Source: Squalus acanthias (lineage: Eukaryota). From it: a stretch of DNA of 64,000 nt. Numbering within the stretch: the first letter of the stretch is position 1; each line of letters starts with the position of its first letter. This document shows positions 60,818 through 64,000 of this stretch, in pieces. Location: positions 150,104,001-150,168,000 of the forward strand of contig CM059431.1 in NCBI GenBank assembly GCA_030390025.1. The letters are read 5' to 3'. The notes under the pieces were generated by a model that was given only the letters and a program-made list of their open reading frames with translations, was not told where the DNA came from and made no database searches. The translations under genes were made by a program, and so were the position numbers.

Positions 60818-62812
60818 AATCGGTTCAGTAGGTAGCAAACTCGCTTCTGAGTCAGAAGGTTGTGGGTTCAAATCCCATTCCAGCGACGTTAGTCCAAAGA
60901 TCGAGGCTGAAACTCCCGTGCAGTACTGAGGAAGCACGGCATTGTCAGTGGGGCCGTAAGAAGGGTGCGCTGAACTGTCGGAGGGTCAGTACTGATAGAC
61001 CACTGCACTCTCGGAGGATCAGTACTGAGCGAGCGCTGCACTGTCGCAGGGTCAGTACTGAGCGAGCGCTGCACTGTCGGAGGGTCAGTACTGAGGGAGC
61101 GCTACACGGTCGGAGGTTCAGTACTGAGGGTGCGCTGCACTGTCGGAGGGTCAGTAGTGAGAGAGCGCTGCAGTGTCGGAGTGTCAGTACTGAGGGAGCG
61201 CTACACTGTCGGATGTTCAGTATTGAGCGAACGCTGCACTGTCGGAGGGTCAGTACTGAGCGAGCGCTGCACTGTCGGAGGATCAGTACTGAGCGAGCGC
61301 TGCACTGTCGGAGGGTCAGTACTGAGGGAGCGCTACACGGTCGGAGGTTCAGTACTGAGGGTGCGCTGCACTGTCGGAGGGTCAGTAGTGAGAGAGCGCT
61401 GCAGTGTCGGAGTGTCAGTACTGAGGGAGCGCTACACTGTCGGAGGATCAGTACTGAGCGAGCGCTGCACTGTCGGAGGGTCAGTACTGAGGGAGCGCTA
61501 CACGGTCGGAGGTTCAGTACTGAGGGTGCGCTGCACTGTCGGAGGGTCAGTAGTGAGAGAGCGCTGCAGTGTCGGAGTGTCAGTACTGAGGGAGCGCTAC
61601 ACTGTCGGATGTTCAGTATTGAGCGAACGCTGCACTGTCGGAGGGTCAGTACTGAGCGAGCGCTGCACTGTCGGAGGATCAGTACTGAGCGAGCGCTGCA
61701 CTGTCGGAGGGTCAGTACTGAGGGAGCGCTACACGGTCGGAGGTTCAGTACTGAGGGTGCGCTGCACTGTCGGAGGGTCAGTAGTGAGAGAGCGCTGCAG
61801 TGTCGGAGTGTCAGTACTGAGGGAGCGCTACACTGTCGGATGTTCAGTATTGAGCGAACGCTGCACTGTCGGAGGGTCAGTACTGAGCGAGCGCTGCACT
61901 GTCGGAGGTTCAGTATTGAGGGAGCGCTATGCTGCCGGAGGGGCAGTACTGAGGGAGCGCTGCACTGACGGAGGGTCAGTACGGATCGAGCGCTGCACTG
62001 TCGGAGGGTCAGTACGGAGCGAGTGCTGCACTGTCGGAGGATCAGTACTAAGGGTGCGCTGCACTGTCGGAGGTTCAGTACTGAGCGGGTGCTGCACTGT
62101 CGGAGGTTCAGTACTGAGGGAGGGCTACACTGCCGGAGGTTCAGTACTGAGGGAGAGCTGCACTGTCGGAGGTTAGGTACTGAGGGTGCGCTGCACTGTC
62201 AGAGGGGCAGTGCTGAGGGAACGCTGCACTGTCAAATGGACAGTATTGAGGGAGAACTGTATTGTCGAAGGGGCAAAAGTGAGTGAGCGCTGCACTTTCG
62301 GAGGTGCAGAATTGAGGGAGCCCTGCACTGTCGGAACGGCAGTGCTGTGGGAACGCTGCACTTTCGGATGGTCAGTACTGAGGGGGAACTGTATTGTCGA
62401 AGGGGAAAAACTGAGCGGGCGCTGCACTGTTGGAGTTGCACTATTGAGGGAGCGCTGCCCTGTCGGAAGTGCAATACTGTTGGAGTACTGTCTTGTCGGA
62501 GAGGCCTTCTTTCGGATGCGATTTTAAACCAAAGCCATGTCTGCTCTCTCTCAGCTGGAAGTAAATGATCCGAGGGCACCATTCGAAGAAGACCAGCGGG
62601 GTTTTCCCCAGTGTTCTGGCCAATATTTATCTCAATCAACATCACTAAAACAGATGACCTGGTCGTTATTGCAATGCTGTTTGTGGCAACTTGCTGTGCA
62701 CAAACTGGATGCCTTGTTTCCTACAGTACAACACTGACTTCACTTCAAAAGTACTTCGTTGGCTGTGCAGTGCTTTTGGGATATCCCAAGTTCGTGAAAG
62801 GCGCTCTTTCTT
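60818..62812 (+). mobile_element. tRNA-headed SINE with a Deu-domain-like core, expanded by an internal satellite
   Basis: Head with A/B boxes ('cggttcagtagg', 'ggttcaaatccc'). After the array: 'ctttcggatgcgattttaaaccaaag..gatccgagggcacc..ccccagtgttctggccaat' (Deu-domain-like, from memory of the AmnSINE1/SacSINE1 consensus) and an L2-like tail 'gcttttgggat..gtgaaaggcgct'. Confidence 0.72.
60918..62500 (+). repeat. 33-bp satellite (~45-48 units) with higher-order repeat structure
   Basis: Unit 'gcactgtcggagggtcagtactgagcgagcgct'; diagnostic variant 'cacggtcgga' at 61105, 61336, 61501 and 61732. Confidence 0.95.
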
Positions 62813-62924
62813 AGCAGTAAGTTTCAAAAGGTAATTCGATATCTAATAGAAAAGGAGACATTTTCAGGACTATGAGGAAACTGTTTAATTGTTCACTACC
62901 ATTCACGAAAGGTTTATGACTGCT

Positions 62925-63230
62925 TTGAAATAATCTGATCGGTTGCCTGAAGATGTGCTGATTCATCAGCAGAATGATGTCGGTAGATAGTAATCAGCAG
63001 GAAGTTACCTTGCCCATGTCTGAATGGAAGCCGCGATACTTCATTATGTCCGTAAGCAAATTTGAAGCCTCGCAGGATCTCTCCCAGTCGACTGTATATC
63101 CATGTGCCCCCACATTTGGTGAGTCTGTACTGCCGGTGGAACAGGATATGCCCTGAGATGGTGATGGAGGAGTCGGGAATGTTGACTGATAGGAATGGTT
63201 CTGTGACTTTGATTGTGCGTGAATGCAATG
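62925..63230 (-). mobile_element. LINE APE-endonuclease fragment (probably family B)
   Basis: 'TEPFLS..PDSSITISGHILFHRQYR..GG..GNFLLITIYR' APE-like motifs. Confidence 0.7.
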
Positions 63231-63239
63231 TTTCCAGAG

Positions 63240-64000
63240 CGTTTCTATCCCCTTCTTGCTGCTGTTAGTGTTTCTTGTAAGTATTTATATCCAGTTATTA
63301 ATTATATAGATCACATTACACTGTAATATTATTCTTGCTATTTCTCGTTCTTTACTCAGTTATTAATGGTATCGTGTGTTTCAAGTTGTTGCATTTTGTT
63401 AATGCAAGAGTTGTTGTTTAAATAGACTGGCACATCCTCGCTGCTATTGGTGATACTGGCAAGTCTCTGTATCCAACGATTAATTATATAAATCATGTTT
63501 TATTGTATTACTGTTCTTGTCATAATCCATACCATCCCCACTGCTGTCGGCTGTTGATTCTGAAGGTGATACTGTGTTACCAAGATTATTTTTTTCTGTA
63601 TTCAACTCACGAAATGATATTGGACGATACTCTTTGCTAAACGAATTTCGTTCTACTATCTGCACTGAACATTTATAACAGATCAGCAGAATATTGTCTT
63701 GATTGAGGAGAGTTTTCAGCAAATGGCGGAAGAACATCACCCTGTAACGTTAACTCTCTCTCTCTCTCCACAGATGATTTCTGACCTGTTGAGTATTTAA
63801 AGCATTTTCAATTCTTTTTTCAGATTTTCCAGCAACCGCAGAAATTTGCTTTTGTTTTCAGCGAATGCTCGGTATGTTTACTGACACAGTGTCACAGGAA
63901 CAAATCCTGACAGATCACACCCACATCTTTAAATGTCTGAAATATCCGCTAATCATTCAGTTCCAGTCAGTGTCTCCTTTCCCACCATATACAGCTCTGC
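63240..64000 (+). repeat. 3' part of intron 1 of the plus-strand GPCR: degenerate exon-1/donor units and block paralogous to 29125-30502
   Basis: 'ccccttcttgctgctgttagtgtttctt|gtaagt' (~63250-63283) and 'cctcgctgctattggtgatactg|gcaagtctctgtatcc' (~63436-63475) resemble 51765-51810. Confidence 0.85.

Noticed and set aside
60818..60885. tRNA gene
   Set aside because: It has A/B boxes but no convincing acceptor stem, and it continues into a SINE body.
60862..62176. 368-aa and 348-aa ORFs with 11-residue Cys/His repeats
   Set aside because: They result from a 33-bp unit inside a SINE, are open in two frames, and are not a real zinc-finger pattern.
33318..62500. CRISPR-like appearance of the 60-, 67-, 32- and 33-bp arrays
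   Set aside because: Units are directly adjacent with no unique spacers, there are no cas genes, and the context is eukaryotic.

Overview
This is eukaryotic, repeat-dominated vertebrate DNA, most likely from a cartilaginous fish (shark or ray). That assignment is inferred from the CR1 LINE tails, the 67-bp and 33-bp satellites, and the style of the GPR139-like receptor and C2H2 zinc-finger genes. Most of the window is CR1-group LINE fragments of several ages (many nested), SINEs, Harbinger-type DNA transposon remnants and tandem repeats, including a ~14.7-kb polypurine (GA) array. Host-gene content is small: (1) a decayed C2H2 zinc-finger exon (minus, ~18.2-18.75 kb); (2) coding exon 2 of a GPR139-like class A GPCR (minus, 27048-27948) with a 1-bp frameshift, a late nonsense codon and no recognisable exon 1; (3) an intact exon 1 of a GPR139-like GPCR (plus, 51613-51793) whose exon 2 is predicted just beyond the right edge. 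The most interesting structures are five. First, one receptor exon 1 sits between two inverted paralogous intron/exon-2 blocks. Second, the receptor intron contains tandem ~96-bp copies of the exon-1 end plus splice donor, one of them in frame. Third, a CpG island holds a tandem array of YY1 motifs. Fourth, an inverted ~0.9-kb duplication conserves PBX/PREP decamer + CCAAT modules. Fifth, a DeuSINE-like element contains a 33-bp satellite with higher-order structure. All family assignments come from recognition by eye, not database searches, and boundaries are approximate unless stated.
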